Positions 37,547 through 47,143 of a DNA stretch of 64,000 bases are shown one piece after another. A model generated the notes under the pieces. That model saw only the letters and a program-made list of their open reading frames with translations. It did no database searches and had not been told where the DNA came from. Both the position numbers and the translations under genes were made by a program. Each line of letters starts with the position of its first letter. The first letter of the stretch is position 1. The stretch comes from Patescibacteria group bacterium (GTDB lineage: Bacteria > Patescibacteriota > UBA1384 > CAJBMM01): positions 430,481 to 494,480 of the forward strand of contig JBAZWC010000001.1 of assembly GCA_041660565.1 (NCBI GenBank), written 5' to 3'.

Positions 37547-38284
37547 ATGCTGTACGTCAGTTTGGCGTTGATAATCGCCGCGCTCGCCAGTTGGATCATT
37601 AGGCTGATTTTTGCGAACGCACGCCTACGCCGTAAGTCGGCTTACGACTGGCTAACCGGACTATTGTCTAAGCCAGGTATCATCGAGATTGGACAGAGAA
37701 TCGTTTCAAGTTCGGTTCGATATTCGGAATCAGACCCGCCGGTAGTTGTAATGTTGGCAGACCTGGATGGGTTCAAACGCCTCAACGACAAGTGCGGTCA
37801 CCACGCCGGAGACGAAATGCTGCGCAGCGTCGCTGGCAACGTCTTTGGCCACTTGCGTGAGTCCGACGGTGTCGGGCGCGTGGGCGGTGACGAATTCGTG
37901 CTTGTTGCTCGGGGCGACGCGCTGAGTTTAGCGCAAAAGATCGAGTCGTCCATGAACGCGATTAACACTTGGGGCGCTGGCCGTGGATTCCCCGAGGTCG
38001 GGATGAGCATTGGCATTGCGGTGCTAAACCACGAAAAAGTGGGACTGTTCTGCTTTGCCACCGGCCGCAGCTGGAAAGCGCTGCGCCCACTCGGGGAGAT
38101 CGGGGTGTACCATTCCAAGCACCGGAAGGTGTTTGGAAAGTTTGTGGCTGGGGCGTCTCGGACTAAGCTGTTGGAGAGCCACCTAAACAAAGTCCGAGAG
38201 CTGGCCACACACCCCGTGACTTTTGACGGAATGACTGCGGCGGCGGATGCCGCAATGTACTCCGCTAAGACAGGGGAAAGATGA
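37547..38284 (+). CDS. Membrane-anchored diguanylate cyclase (GGDEF domain)
   Basis: D.LTGL, DLDGFK.LND..GH.AGD, RESD I-site, GGDEF. Confidence 0.85.
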   Translation: MLYVSLALIIAALASWIIRLIFANARLRRKSAYDWLTGLLSKPGIIEIGQRIVSSSVRYSESDPPVVVMLADLDGFKRLNDKCGHHAGDEMLRSVAGNVFGHLRESDGVGRVGGDEFVLVARGDALSLAQKIESSMNAINTWGAGRGFPEVGMSIGIAVLNHEKVGLFCFATGRSWKALRPLGEIGVYHSKHRKVFGKFVAGASRTKLLESHLNKVRELATHPVTFDGMTAAADAAMYSAKTGER

Positions 38285-38612
38285 CACACCAGGTCGGTGA
38301 GCGCGAAGCGCTTGCCGGCCTTATTTTTTTTACCATAATTCAAATGCGGGTTAGTATATTCTGTCACTCTGGGCAAGACCTAAGAGTCCAGCCGTTCTTT
38401 CATATAGATTCCGGATCTGTGTCCGGAATGACAAGAGATAATTCTCGGCTACGCCTCGAACAAGAAAGTCAATCCTCCATCTTCCATTCTCCACCCTCCG
38501 AATTGTTTGACAGAATCTGTAAAAAAAAGTATGCTGTAAGCAGGATGGACGAAGTAGTAACTCAAATAAATCCATCCGATTAAAGAAAGTTTTGCAATGA
38601 AAGGATGTACTC

Positions 38613-40133
38613 ATGTCAGCTGTTATAATAGCTGCCCTGTCTGGGGTAGCCGGACTTGTGATTGGAATTATCGTTATTCGAACCTTAACTGCACGCCAAT
38701 TAGAGCAGTATAAAAATAAGGCGCAAAAAACCGCCGATGAACTCGAAAATAAGCACAAGGATATCATCTTTCAAGCTAAAGATGAGGCCTTAAAAATTAA
38801 AGATGATGCCAAAAAAGAAGAAGAGCATCGCTTAAAAGAAGTTAAGGAATTAGAGCAAAATGTGCGCCGCCGCGAAGAAGCAATAGAGACGCGCGTTTTA
38901 GAGATAGACAAAGAGCGTAAATTGGTGCAGCAATCAACCGCCGAAGTATCCGAAATGAAAGATAAATTACGCGAAATTCGCACTCAGCAAGAGCAATCGT
39001 TAGAGCGAATTTCTAAATTAACTAAAGATGATGCCAAAAAAGTGTTGTTAGAGTTAGTGGAAAAAGAAAACCGAGACGAGCTGGTTCAACGCATTAAACA
39101 GGTTGAGCAAGCCGCCAAAGACGAAGCCGAATCACGCGCCCGTAAGATTGTAGCTACCACCATTTCACGCATCTCTTCGGATATGACCGCCGAACAAACT
39201 GTTTCGGCCATTACTATTCCAAACGAAGAAATGAAGGGGCGAATTATTGGCAAAGAAGGCCGCAACATTCAGGTTTTTGAAAAAGAAACCGGAGTGGATG
39301 TAATTATCGACGATACTCCCGACAGCGTCATTTTATCGTCATTTGATCCGGTACGCCGTCAAATTGCCCGTGTGGCGCTAGAAAAATTGATCCAAGATGG
39401 CCGCATCCATCCTACCCGCATTGAAGAGTTGGTTAAAAAAGCCACCGACGAAGTTGGCGAAGAAGTTAAAAAAGCCGGTGAAGACGCCGCTTATGAGGCC
39501 GGAGTATCTGGATTGCCGGTTGAATTATTAAAGATTTTTGGCCGATTAAAGTTTCGTACCAGTTACGGCCAAAATATGTTGCGTCATGCCATTGAAGTGT
39601 CGCACATTGCGGGCGTTTTAGCCGCAGAAATTGGCGCTAACGTAGATATTTCTAAAAAAGCTGCTTTACTGCATGATATTGGAAAAACAGTGTCGCAAGA
39701 GGTTTCGGGTAGCCACGCATTAATTTCGGGTGATATTATGCGTAAATATGGCATTCCAGAAGACGTTGTACACGCCGCAGAGGCCCATCATGAGGATGTG
39801 GAGATCAAATCTACCGAAGCGTTCGTGGTGCAGGCTGCAGACGCCATATCGGGCGCCAGACCGGGTGCCAGACGTGAAAGCTTAGATCAGTATATCAAAC
39901 GCTTGACCGAGCTTGAAAACATTGCCAATTCATTCAAAGGTGTGGAAAAATCGTTTGCTATTCAGGCCGGGCGTGAAGTGCGAATTATCGTTAATCCTTC
40001 GGACATCGATGATTTAGCAATGCATAAGCTAGCCAAAGACGTGGCCAACAAGGTTTCCGCCACTATGCAGTTCCCGGGTCAAATTAAGGTCAACGTTATC
40101 CGCGAAATGCGATCAGTTGAATACGCCAAATAA
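38613..40133 (+). CDS. rny: Ribonuclease Y
   Basis: TM plus coiled coil, KH motif KGRIIGKEGRNI, HD motif LLHDIGK, AIQAGRE. Confidence 0.97.
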   Translation: MSAVIIAALSGVAGLVIGIIVIRTLTARQLEQYKNKAQKTADELENKHKDIIFQAKDEALKIKDDAKKEEEHRLKEVKELEQNVRRREEAIETRVLEIDKERKLVQQSTAEVSEMKDKLREIRTQQEQSLERISKLTKDDAKKVLLELVEKENRDELVQRIKQVEQAAKDEAESRARKIVATTISRISSDMTAEQTVSAITIPNEEMKGRIIGKEGRNIQVFEKETGVDVIIDDTPDSVILSSFDPVRRQIARVALEKLIQDGRIHPTRIEELVKKATDEVGEEVKKAGEDAAYEAGVSGLPVELLKIFGRLKFRTSYGQNMLRHAIEVSHIAGVLAAEIGANVDISKKAALLHDIGKTVSQEVSGSHALISGDIMRKYGIPEDVVHAAEAHHEDVEIKSTEAFVVQAADAISGARPGARRESLDQYIKRLTELENIANSFKGVEKSFAIQAGREVRIIVNPSDIDDLAMHKLAKDVANKVSATMQFPGQIKVNVIREMRSVEYAK

Positions 40134-40158
40134 AATTACATTTTAGAATTTTTAAAAT

Positions 40159-40566
40159 ATGAAACGCTTCAAAAAAATATTTAAACTAGGATTGTCAGTT
40201 GTCGTTTATCCTCTAATTAGCCTGGCGATTGTTTACGGGTTATTTATGTTGATGGACAAAAACATCAACCGCGTTGCGTTTGAAACACTGGCGGTTTTTG
40301 CCCTGGCACTACCAGGAGTCACGCTGGCATTAGGAATATATCATTTAACAAGCAAGCATCGGCTGATTATGTCCGTTATCGCTTCGGCACTGTCGGCCTT
40401 AATCTGGGTAATTGTGGCTTACTTAATGCGTAGCAACGGTTTATTCGATCCGCTCACCCCCACTAACGCGTTCTGGCTCTGGCTGGTTTACGCCCCCTAC
40501 ATTTTCAGTTTATTGGTAATTATTGAAATGGTCCGCTTGGCATTCCGACTTAAACGGAAGGATTAA
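40159..40566 (+). CDS. 4-TM membrane protein
   Basis: Hydrophobic 135-aa ORF between rny and ymdB. Confidence 0.65.
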   Translation: MKRFKKIFKLGLSVVVYPLISLAIVYGLFMLMDKNINRVAFETLAVFALALPGVTLALGIYHLTSKHRLIMSVIASALSALIWVIVAYLMRSNGLFDPLTPTNAFWLWLVYAPYIFSLLVIIEMVRLAFRLKRKD

Positions 40567-40620
40567 TCCCTTGTCATTCCGGGCTAGACCCGGAATCTAT
40601 ATAAAAAAAGAAGGTTAAAT

Positions 40621-41391
40621 ATGAATATTCTCTTTATCGGTGATATTTCGGGCAGGCTCGGGCGCCGAGCAGTAACCGAGGTTTTACCGGAAATAATCAA
40701 GAAACATAAGGTAGATTTAGTTATCGCCAACATTGAAAACGCATCGAGTGGTGATGGCGTCAGTGTGAAAGCGTATGATGAATTACGCGCTTTGCCAATC
40801 GATATTTTTACCTCTGGCAATCATATCTGGCAAAAAAGAGAAATCTATCCGACATTAGAAGATAAAAACGAACTAATTTTACGCCCAATAAACTATCCCG
40901 ACGGCACCATCGGACGCGGAGTTTGGACAAAAGAAATTGGCACTACCAAAGTGGCAGTGGTAAATGTGATCGGCCGCATTTTTATGAAAGAGGGCATAGA
41001 TGATCCGTTTAGAGCAACCGAAAAAGTGCTGAGTGAGTTAAAAAACCATGTAGTGATTGTCGATTTTCACGCCGAAGCAACATCCGAAAAACGGGCGTTT
41101 GGATTCTTTCTGGATGGCAAAGTGGCCGCCGTTTTAGGCACTCACACTCACGTACCAACCGCCGATGAGCAAATTTTGCCCGAAGGCACCGCTTATATTT
41201 CTGATGTTGGATTTGTGGGAGCTCATCAATCCGTACTTGGAGTTGATAAAGATATTATTGTCCATAATTTTATGGTCAAGCCAAATGAGATTTACGAGAT
41301 GGGTAAAGGCGAGGCCGAATTTAACGCTGTTCTAATCGAGACCAACGGCCTCAAAGCCAAGTCAATATCTCGTATTCGCGAAATGGTTTAA
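40621..41391 (+). CDS. ymdB: YmdB-family metallophosphoesterase
   Basis: FIGDI.G, TSGNH, DFHAEATSEK, GTHTHV; canonical position after rny. Confidence 0.93.
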   Translation: MNILFIGDISGRLGRRAVTEVLPEIIKKHKVDLVIANIENASSGDGVSVKAYDELRALPIDIFTSGNHIWQKREIYPTLEDKNELILRPINYPDGTIGRGVWTKEIGTTKVAVVNVIGRIFMKEGIDDPFRATEKVLSELKNHVVIVDFHAEATSEKRAFGFFLDGKVAAVLGTHTHVPTADEQILPEGTAYISDVGFVGAHQSVLGVDKDIIVHNFMVKPNEIYEMGKGEAEFNAVLIETNGLKAKSISRIREMV

Positions 41392-41439
41392 ATTAGGTGA
41401 TTAGGTTATTAGGGGTTTGTCCGTCACTTTGATCAGAAC

Positions 41440-41853
41440 CTATTTAATCTTTCTTAAATCACCGTCTATAACAATGGGCTTCATCGCCTCGATCTCGGTT
41501 TTGTAGTACTTATTCTCTGGAATTGGATTAAGTAAGAATATCTTTTGATTTAAAACGTGGGCAAAACCTATTTCCAAGAAGGTGTTGCCGCCAATATAAT
41601 TTTTCTCGCCATATTTATCAAAATTTGCCGCCAGAACCGCATCAGCCCCTTGCATCTGACTCCAAAATTTCCTAATAGCGTCCATATTATTTTTTTGGTG
41701 CAATTTTATAACTTCTTTTTCATCATCGGATTTGCCAATCATAGATTGCGCCAAAGTTGTAACAAATGCCTCGTTGCCTAGACTTATTAGCTCATCTCTG
41801 AGCACGATCATTTTTTCAGTATGCTGCATACTTCCGACAACACCAATTTTCAT
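41440..41853 (-). CDS. Nucleoside 2-deoxyribosyltransferase-like fold protein
   Basis: GSM, ADAVL..N, YIG.NT.LEIGFA...K.I motifs. Confidence 0.55.
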   Translation of the reverse strand: MKIGVVGSMQHTEKMIVLRDELISLGNEAFVTTLAQSMIGKSDDEKEVIKLHQKNNMDAIRKFWSQMQGADAVLAANFDKYGEKNYIGGNTFLEIGFAHVLNQKIFLLNPIPENKYYKTEIEAMKPIVIDGDLRKIK

Positions 41854-41870
41854 ACAATCCTTTCAAACAC

Positions 41871-42254
41871 TCAGTTTCGGTGAAATAGGCGGCTGAACCA
41901 AGAACTATTTGTTCTAGTTGGCTCGGTTGCCATCGCAGCTTCCTGATTTCCCGGTTTTAGTGATTCGGTGGGTGTGTCTTTGTACGAATTTACGTCCAAC
42001 GGGTTTTTATTTGGATTAAATGGGACAGGGGGATTATCTTTTGCGTTTAAATTTCCAGATGATTGTGGCACAACCGACGCACTTTCGGCTGACCCTTGTC
42101 CCCAATGGTCCTTTTCGGATTGTGGTACCGGTTGAGGTATAAACTGCGGAGTTGTTGGCTCTGCTACCGGCGGTTCGTTTCCGCGTTCCCACGGATTGAC
42201 ATGCTTCGCTTCGATTTGGACGTCCTCTTCTCCGGGTGTCATAGTTTCTGGCAC
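41871..42254 (-). CDS. Pro-rich low-complexity hypothetical protein
   Basis: GTG after ggaggg; the longer ORF call overlaps a tRNA. Confidence 0.55.
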   Translation of the reverse strand: MPETMTPGEEDVQIEAKHVNPWERGNEPPVAEPTTPQFIPQPVPQSEKDHWGQGSAESASVVPQSSGNLNAKDNPPVPFNPNKNPLDVNSYKDTPTESLKPGNQEAAMATEPTRTNSSWFSRLFHRN

Positions 42255-42281
42255 ATTCCCTCCAAATTTTTTTGATTTGAT

Positions 42282-42357
42282 TGGTACCCTTGGTAGGAGT
42301 TGCACCTACGACCTTTCCCTTAGGACGGGACTGCTCTATCTACTGAGCTACAAGGGC
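42282..42357 (-). tRNA. tRNA-Arg(CCU) with non-canonical A18/G55
   Basis: Cloverleaf, loop gtCCTaa, D loop AGUAGAUA, T loop UGCAACU, CCA. Confidence 0.85.
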
Positions 42358-42454
42358 GAATGATTTGTCATCCATGGTCCTAGTGGCAGAGATGGCTGTG
42401 CCATCCGTAGCTTTCTTGACCTTCCGAAGCTTTAGCGTAGGAGGTAGCGAAGGA

Positions 42455-42531
42455 TGGTCGGAGTGCTGGGATTTGAACCCAGGACCTCATCGTCCCGAAC
42501 GATGCGCGCTACCGAGCTGCGCTACACTCCG
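42455..42531 (-). tRNA. tRNA-Pro(CGG)
   Basis: Loop ttCGGga, CCA. Confidence 0.95.
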
Positions 42532-42662
42532 ATTATCAAATTATAACACGTTTTCGATCGTTTTCATATCAGAAAACCCTCTCCTCACGAGGAGAAGAAT
42601 AACCTAAGTAAATGAGAAGCGCCTCCCAACTAGTGTCGGGAGGCGCGCATGGAAACGTCGCG

Positions 42663-44030
42663 TTACTGCGACGCAAGGACCATGGTCTTCTTGACGGCCA
42701 CCGTTGCGGCGGTGATCGTCACCGGTTCGGCCACAGAGATCGTCTTGACGTTCAACTTGGCCCAGGCGGACTTGGTGCCGGCTGGGATTGTAACCGTGTA
42801 CGGCACAATCACGCCTGCCGAGGAACTGCTGAGGGTGATTACGATGCCCTCCGCCGGAGCCACCGTGTCTACACTAACCAGCACGGATGGAGTTGTCCCC
42901 GCCTTGACCACCGGTGGCAACGAGGCCAATCCGGTGATGCGGATGGGGGTAAGAACAAACGGTCGGAAGGAGTTGCTAATGGTGGCGTCTAGGAAACCAT
43001 TGGCGGCAATCCGTCCGTCCTCGCTGATACCCTTCCCAGCACAGATCAACACTGCGCTCTTAGGAATAAGATCATTGAGGTTGTACGCCTCGCCGTTTGC
43101 CCACAACATACCGGTGTCCGTGGGGGAATAGAACCTGGCGCCAACGATCAGATCATCGTTGTTGATAGCGAAGGGCCAACCCGGACCCAATACAAGATGA
43201 GCTGGAAGATCGTGCACCCCAGCTTCGTCCCAAAATGCGGGACCAAGACTGGTACGACCAACCACATGCCCACGGTCGTTTAGCGCTTCGCCGTGACACC
43301 GCTCATCCGGGGCGTGCCCGGGCAATCGTACCCAGCTGCCATTGGTGCTATCTGGGCCAGACGGGGTCCACACCGCATCGAACGTGACCCAGTTGGTCCA
43401 AAGCGTCCAATACCCGCCTGTTCCGAGCACTTGGCCTACAGCGTTGATCTGCTTCGCTGAGCTTGTATGTTCGCCGATATTCGAGTGAATGTTGAACGGT
43501 TGCCCGTCCTTCCTCCAGATGGTCGCAACAGTGTTGGGTGGAGTACCGTCCGGGGTATGATAGATGACAGACTCCCCGACGATGAACATCCTCGAGTTTA
43601 GGTCATATGCATAGCTACCAGAGATATTTCCTGATAGCACCCCCATCACTTTCTGTACAGTCCCGTCCCATGTGGAAGCTTGACTAGGGTAATAGCTGTA
43701 GCCGGCAATGACGCCCGCATCATTCACCCCTCTTCCGGATGAATAATGAATCGGGGATGTAGCATCAAGCACCCCCCTTCTCCAGACCAACAGCTTGTTG
43801 TTGTAGCTTTGGTTCCAGTACCCAACGATGGTATCTCCACTGGGGCTCATCCCAGTGATACTGTAAAACGGGCTACTATAGATTGGGTTGACATATGGAG
43901 TGGGCAACACCTTGGCGGTGTAGCTAACCCCAACTACCGGAGGAGTAGAAGCGTGTGCCGCAATGGCCAAAGCGGCAACGACAACGATGCCAACCACAAC
44001 CGAAACGAACCGAGAAAGCTTGCCGCTCAT
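42663..44030 (-). CDS. Secreted HAF-repeat-like beta-propeller protein with C-terminal Ig-like domain (GC-rich)
   Basis: Signal peptide; repeats VNDAGVIAG, INAVGQVLG, LNDRGHVVG, INNDDLIVG; NLNDLI. Confidence 0.75.
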   Translation of the reverse strand: MSGKLSRFVSVVVGIVVVAALAIAAHASTPPVVGVSYTAKVLPTPYVNPIYSSPFYSITGMSPSGDTIVGYWNQSYNNKLLVWRRGVLDATSPIHYSSGRGVNDAGVIAGYSYYPSQASTWDGTVQKVMGVLSGNISGSYAYDLNSRMFIVGESVIYHTPDGTPPNTVATIWRKDGQPFNIHSNIGEHTSSAKQINAVGQVLGTGGYWTLWTNWVTFDAVWTPSGPDSTNGSWVRLPGHAPDERCHGEALNDRGHVVGRTSLGPAFWDEAGVHDLPAHLVLGPGWPFAINNDDLIVGARFYSPTDTGMLWANGEAYNLNDLIPKSAVLICAGKGISEDGRIAANGFLDATISNSFRPFVLTPIRITGLASLPPVVKAGTTPSVLVSVDTVAPAEGIVITLSSSSAGVIVPYTVTIPAGTKSAWAKLNVKTISVAEPVTITAATVAVKKTMVLASQ

Positions 44031-44308
44031 CGTACTCGTCCTTTCTGTAGCACTAGCAGAGACGTGTTTCGACAGCCAAAACGCAAACTTGCGCGGGCGG
44101 GGTGCCCGCAGCACTTCTACATCGTGTTTTGACCCTTTCGATAGCGCGTAGTGTGGGTGTCCACAGGAAAAACGTACGCGCGAATAGTAGAACGGCATCC
44201 CCCGTAGTCGATTGTTAACGTTCGACCCGAGTATTTGCCTGATTATACCACATTTTGTCAAATGTATCTAGTTTGTAATTTATTTGCAAACCAACTACAT
44301 TTATTTCT

Positions 44309-44971
44309 ATGACAGAATATATTATTGTGCGGGCAAAACGCCGTAGTGTGCAAATCAAAATTGATCACGATGGTAAAGTGATAGTGCGGGCGCCGTTTTG
44401 GGTTTCCTTACGTCAAATTGATCAATTTGTGCATCAAAACGAGGCGTGGATTGCTAAAAGACTCGATGTACACCAACAGCAACCACACCGCCAATCGCAT
44501 CATTTTAATGATGGCGATATGTTTTGGTATTTGGGAAAAGAATATCCACTAAAGATTTCAGGTGAGATCAGTGGCAAGGTGAGATTTGAGAATGCGCTAA
44601 TTATTCCCAATACCAAACCGGAACTAGCTAGAACAATGATACTGAAATGGTACAAAAACGAGGCAGACATGTTTTTACGACAGCGGCTAGATCAATTTGC
44701 TACCTTAATGGATATTAAATATCATGCAGTCAAAATTACCTCAGCAACTAGCCGCTGGGGATCGTGCAATCACCTTAACTCAATTAGCCTGAATTGGAAG
44801 CTAATTCAAGTTCCAAAAGACGTTATTGATTACGTGGTGGTGCACGAGCTGGCGCACATTTTACAACATAACCATAGTAAACTGTTTTGGGCTGAGGTTG
44901 AAAAAGTACTACCCGATTATAAAATCAGGCGTAAATGGCTGAAAGACCACGGCTTTCTGTTGCAATTTTAA
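44309..44971 (+). CDS. YgjP/DUF45-family zinc metallohydrolase
   Basis: SRWGSC, DYVVVHELAH...NHSK.FW. Confidence 0.9.
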   Translation: MTEYIIVRAKRRSVQIKIDHDGKVIVRAPFWVSLRQIDQFVHQNEAWIAKRLDVHQQQPHRQSHHFNDGDMFWYLGKEYPLKISGEISGKVRFENALIIPNTKPELARTMILKWYKNEADMFLRQRLDQFATLMDIKYHAVKITSATSRWGSCNHLNSISLNWKLIQVPKDVIDYVVVHELAHILQHNHSKLFWAEVEKVLPDYKIRRKWLKDHGFLLQF

Positions 44972-44979
44972 CTCATCTA

Positions 44980-45436
44980 TTGACATTAAGATTCAGTTGG
45001 AGTATATATATTAATGTCAGGCCGAGAAAGTCCTGCGTCTCGCTGATCAGCGAGAAAGCAGGCCTTTCAAGCGACTAGCTAGATGGCGACCGAGTCCCAT
45101 CTAAGCCTGGCGCCACCAGTGGGTACCGCACCGAATTGCAAGTAGGGCAGTGCCCCAAAAACCAAATAAAGACAACCGAATATTGCCGATGGCGGCAGGG
45201 CAAGAAGTGTTCGGGAGTCGCGGAGGATCCTGCGGATTGCTCTGGTGAGCATGCACATGGAAGTCAATGGCGGGGACGTGCGTACGCCTTGCACTTCACC
45301 ATTAACGATCCCAAAGCGAGGATCAGCAGCCACCCGAGTACCCCTAAGGATCTCAGCCTTACCCGAACCAGGGGGTCGGCGCATTCGCGCCGGCCCCTCC
45401 CTATTTTTTTCAACCCTTGTGGTTGTTTTTTTATCT
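44980..45436 (+). ncRNA. Putative structured transcript, unit A (about 400 nt)
   Basis: ttgaca-17-tatata promoter, series of hairpins, terminator 45370-45410. Confidence 0.45.
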
Positions 45437-45459
45437 ATAATTCAAGCAGTAATTCACTA

Positions 45460-45900
45460 TTGACATAAGTTTGTTACAAGAGTATATTCATTGATGTTGG
45501 GAGATAGCAGACGCGACGTCGCCATCTTCAATGCAGTTCGCCGGAAACTGCGGCGGTTGTGCGAGAGATTTCTCGCCAATCCAACACTGGTCACAAGGTG
45601 CTCGTGGGAGTTTCAACCAAGTGGCCAGGCTCCGACACAGCCTACGACGATCTGGGGGTCTGCATGGAGGTAACTCCACCGAAGAGAGTCGTATGGGATA
45701 TGTAACCGGATTCAAGCTCCAAGCCCATGGATACGGGCCACGCCGCTCTTAAGCGGATACCGAACCTCCGCACGGAGGACCATGGGATACAGCTCATATC
45801 TGTTTACAAACTCCCAAACCGCACACGCCTAACGGGGGCCGGTCGCCAGTTGATCGGCTCCCCCCCATTTTTTTCAACCCAAGTGGTTGTTTTTTTGTCT
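45460..45900 (+). ncRNA. Putative structured/micro-ORF transcript, unit B (about 380 nt)
   Basis: ttgaca-17-tatatt promoter, series of hairpins, terminator 45834-45874. Confidence 0.45.
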
Positions 45901-45960
45901 CTAAATTTGCTAAAAATCGCAATTTATGGTTATGATAAGGTAGAGAACAAAGGGGATAAA

Positions 45961-47031
45961 ATGGAACAACCAGCGGTTCAACGCGTCAAATTTGACATTT
46001 CAACCAGTGCCATCATCAAAATTCTAGTGGTGATCTTTGGCATCTTCTTTTTGCAAAAAATTCAAAGCATATTGCTGTTATTATTAATTGTTTTGATCTT
46101 GGTAACCGCCCTTTCTCCGATTGTCGACTCGCTGGTTAAACGCTTGCAGATCAAGCGCTGGCTGGCTGTTACCTTAATTTTTAGCTCCATTGCCGTATTA
46201 CTGATTCTGGTTACATGGCTGATTGTGCCGTTGCTGTTTAGCCAGACAATCGACTTATTGCAACTACCACAAATCAAGAATTTATTTGGTATCACCGAAT
46301 CCAGCTCGGCGCTTGAAGAGTTGCAAATGTTATATGCCAAAATTCCCGGATTACCGACGGATAGCACCGGTTTTGTCAACTTTTTCTCGGCCATTTTTGG
46401 CGGCATCGCTAGCGCATTTACCATTCTGGTATTATCGCTATATCTTTTGCTTGATGAGGATGGCATTCGCAAATACATTCTGACTGTATTACCAACAACA
46501 CATAAAGAACAAATTGTTTCGGTGATACACAAAATTAGCGTCAAATTAGGATACTGGTTACGCGGTCAACTTTCCTTGGGATTGATTATCGGATTGATTG
46601 ATTTGGTTATTTTGCTTAGTTTCGGCGTACCTTATGCTTTGACTCTGGCAATTTTCGCCGGAGTAACCGAATTAATCCCGTATCTTGGACCATTTTTGGG
46701 GTACGGCGCCGCATTGTTTGTCGCACTAACCTCTGACTCGTCATTTCATATTAGCAAACTAGTAGTAGTAGTTGGCATTTCGATTGGATATCTAGTGGTA
46801 CAGCAACTGGAAGGTAATTTCTTGGTACCAAAAGTGATGCAAAAGTCAGTCGGGCTTTCGCCTGTAATAATAATTGTGGCAATTTTGATTGGCGCAAAAT
46901 TATTCGGATTAGTTGGTGTAATCCTATCCGTACCAATTGCGGCTGGTATTTCGGTTATTGCCGATGAATGGCCTGCCATTCAGCAAGCTTATCATAATAA
47001 TAAAGCCGGCATCTCTAAATCACTAGAATAA
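45961..47031 (+). CDS. AI-2E (PerM) family transporter
   Basis: IPYLGP, QQLEGNFLVPK..G.SP, G..GVILSVP; SD aagggga. Confidence 0.92.
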   Translation: MEQPAVQRVKFDISTSAIIKILVVIFGIFFLQKIQSILLLLLIVLILVTALSPIVDSLVKRLQIKRWLAVTLIFSSIAVLLILVTWLIVPLLFSQTIDLLQLPQIKNLFGITESSSALEELQMLYAKIPGLPTDSTGFVNFFSAIFGGIASAFTILVLSLYLLLDEDGIRKYILTVLPTTHKEQIVSVIHKISVKLGYWLRGQLSLGLIIGLIDLVILLSFGVPYALTLAIFAGVTELIPYLGPFLGYGAALFVALTSDSSFHISKLVVVVGISIGYLVVQQLEGNFLVPKVMQKSVGLSPVIIIVAILIGAKLFGLVGVILSVPIAAGISVIADEWPAIQQAYHNNKAGISKSLE

Positions 47032-47143
47032 TATCGGTTAGCTTGTCATTTCGACCCCCTGTCCGCCAGCTGGCGGATCCGATAGGGTGGTTGTGTGATA
47101 ATTTGAAATTTGAAATTTACAATTTGAAATGATGGAAATTTTT

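Noticed and set aside
44980-45900. tmRNA or SRP RNA
   Set aside because: No tRNA-like ends with T loop and CCA, and no SRP domain IV motif found by eye
45727-45960. N-terminal extension of the AI-2E transporter in the ORF track
   Set aside because: It runs through a terminator; ATG 45961 has a good SD and matches the family start
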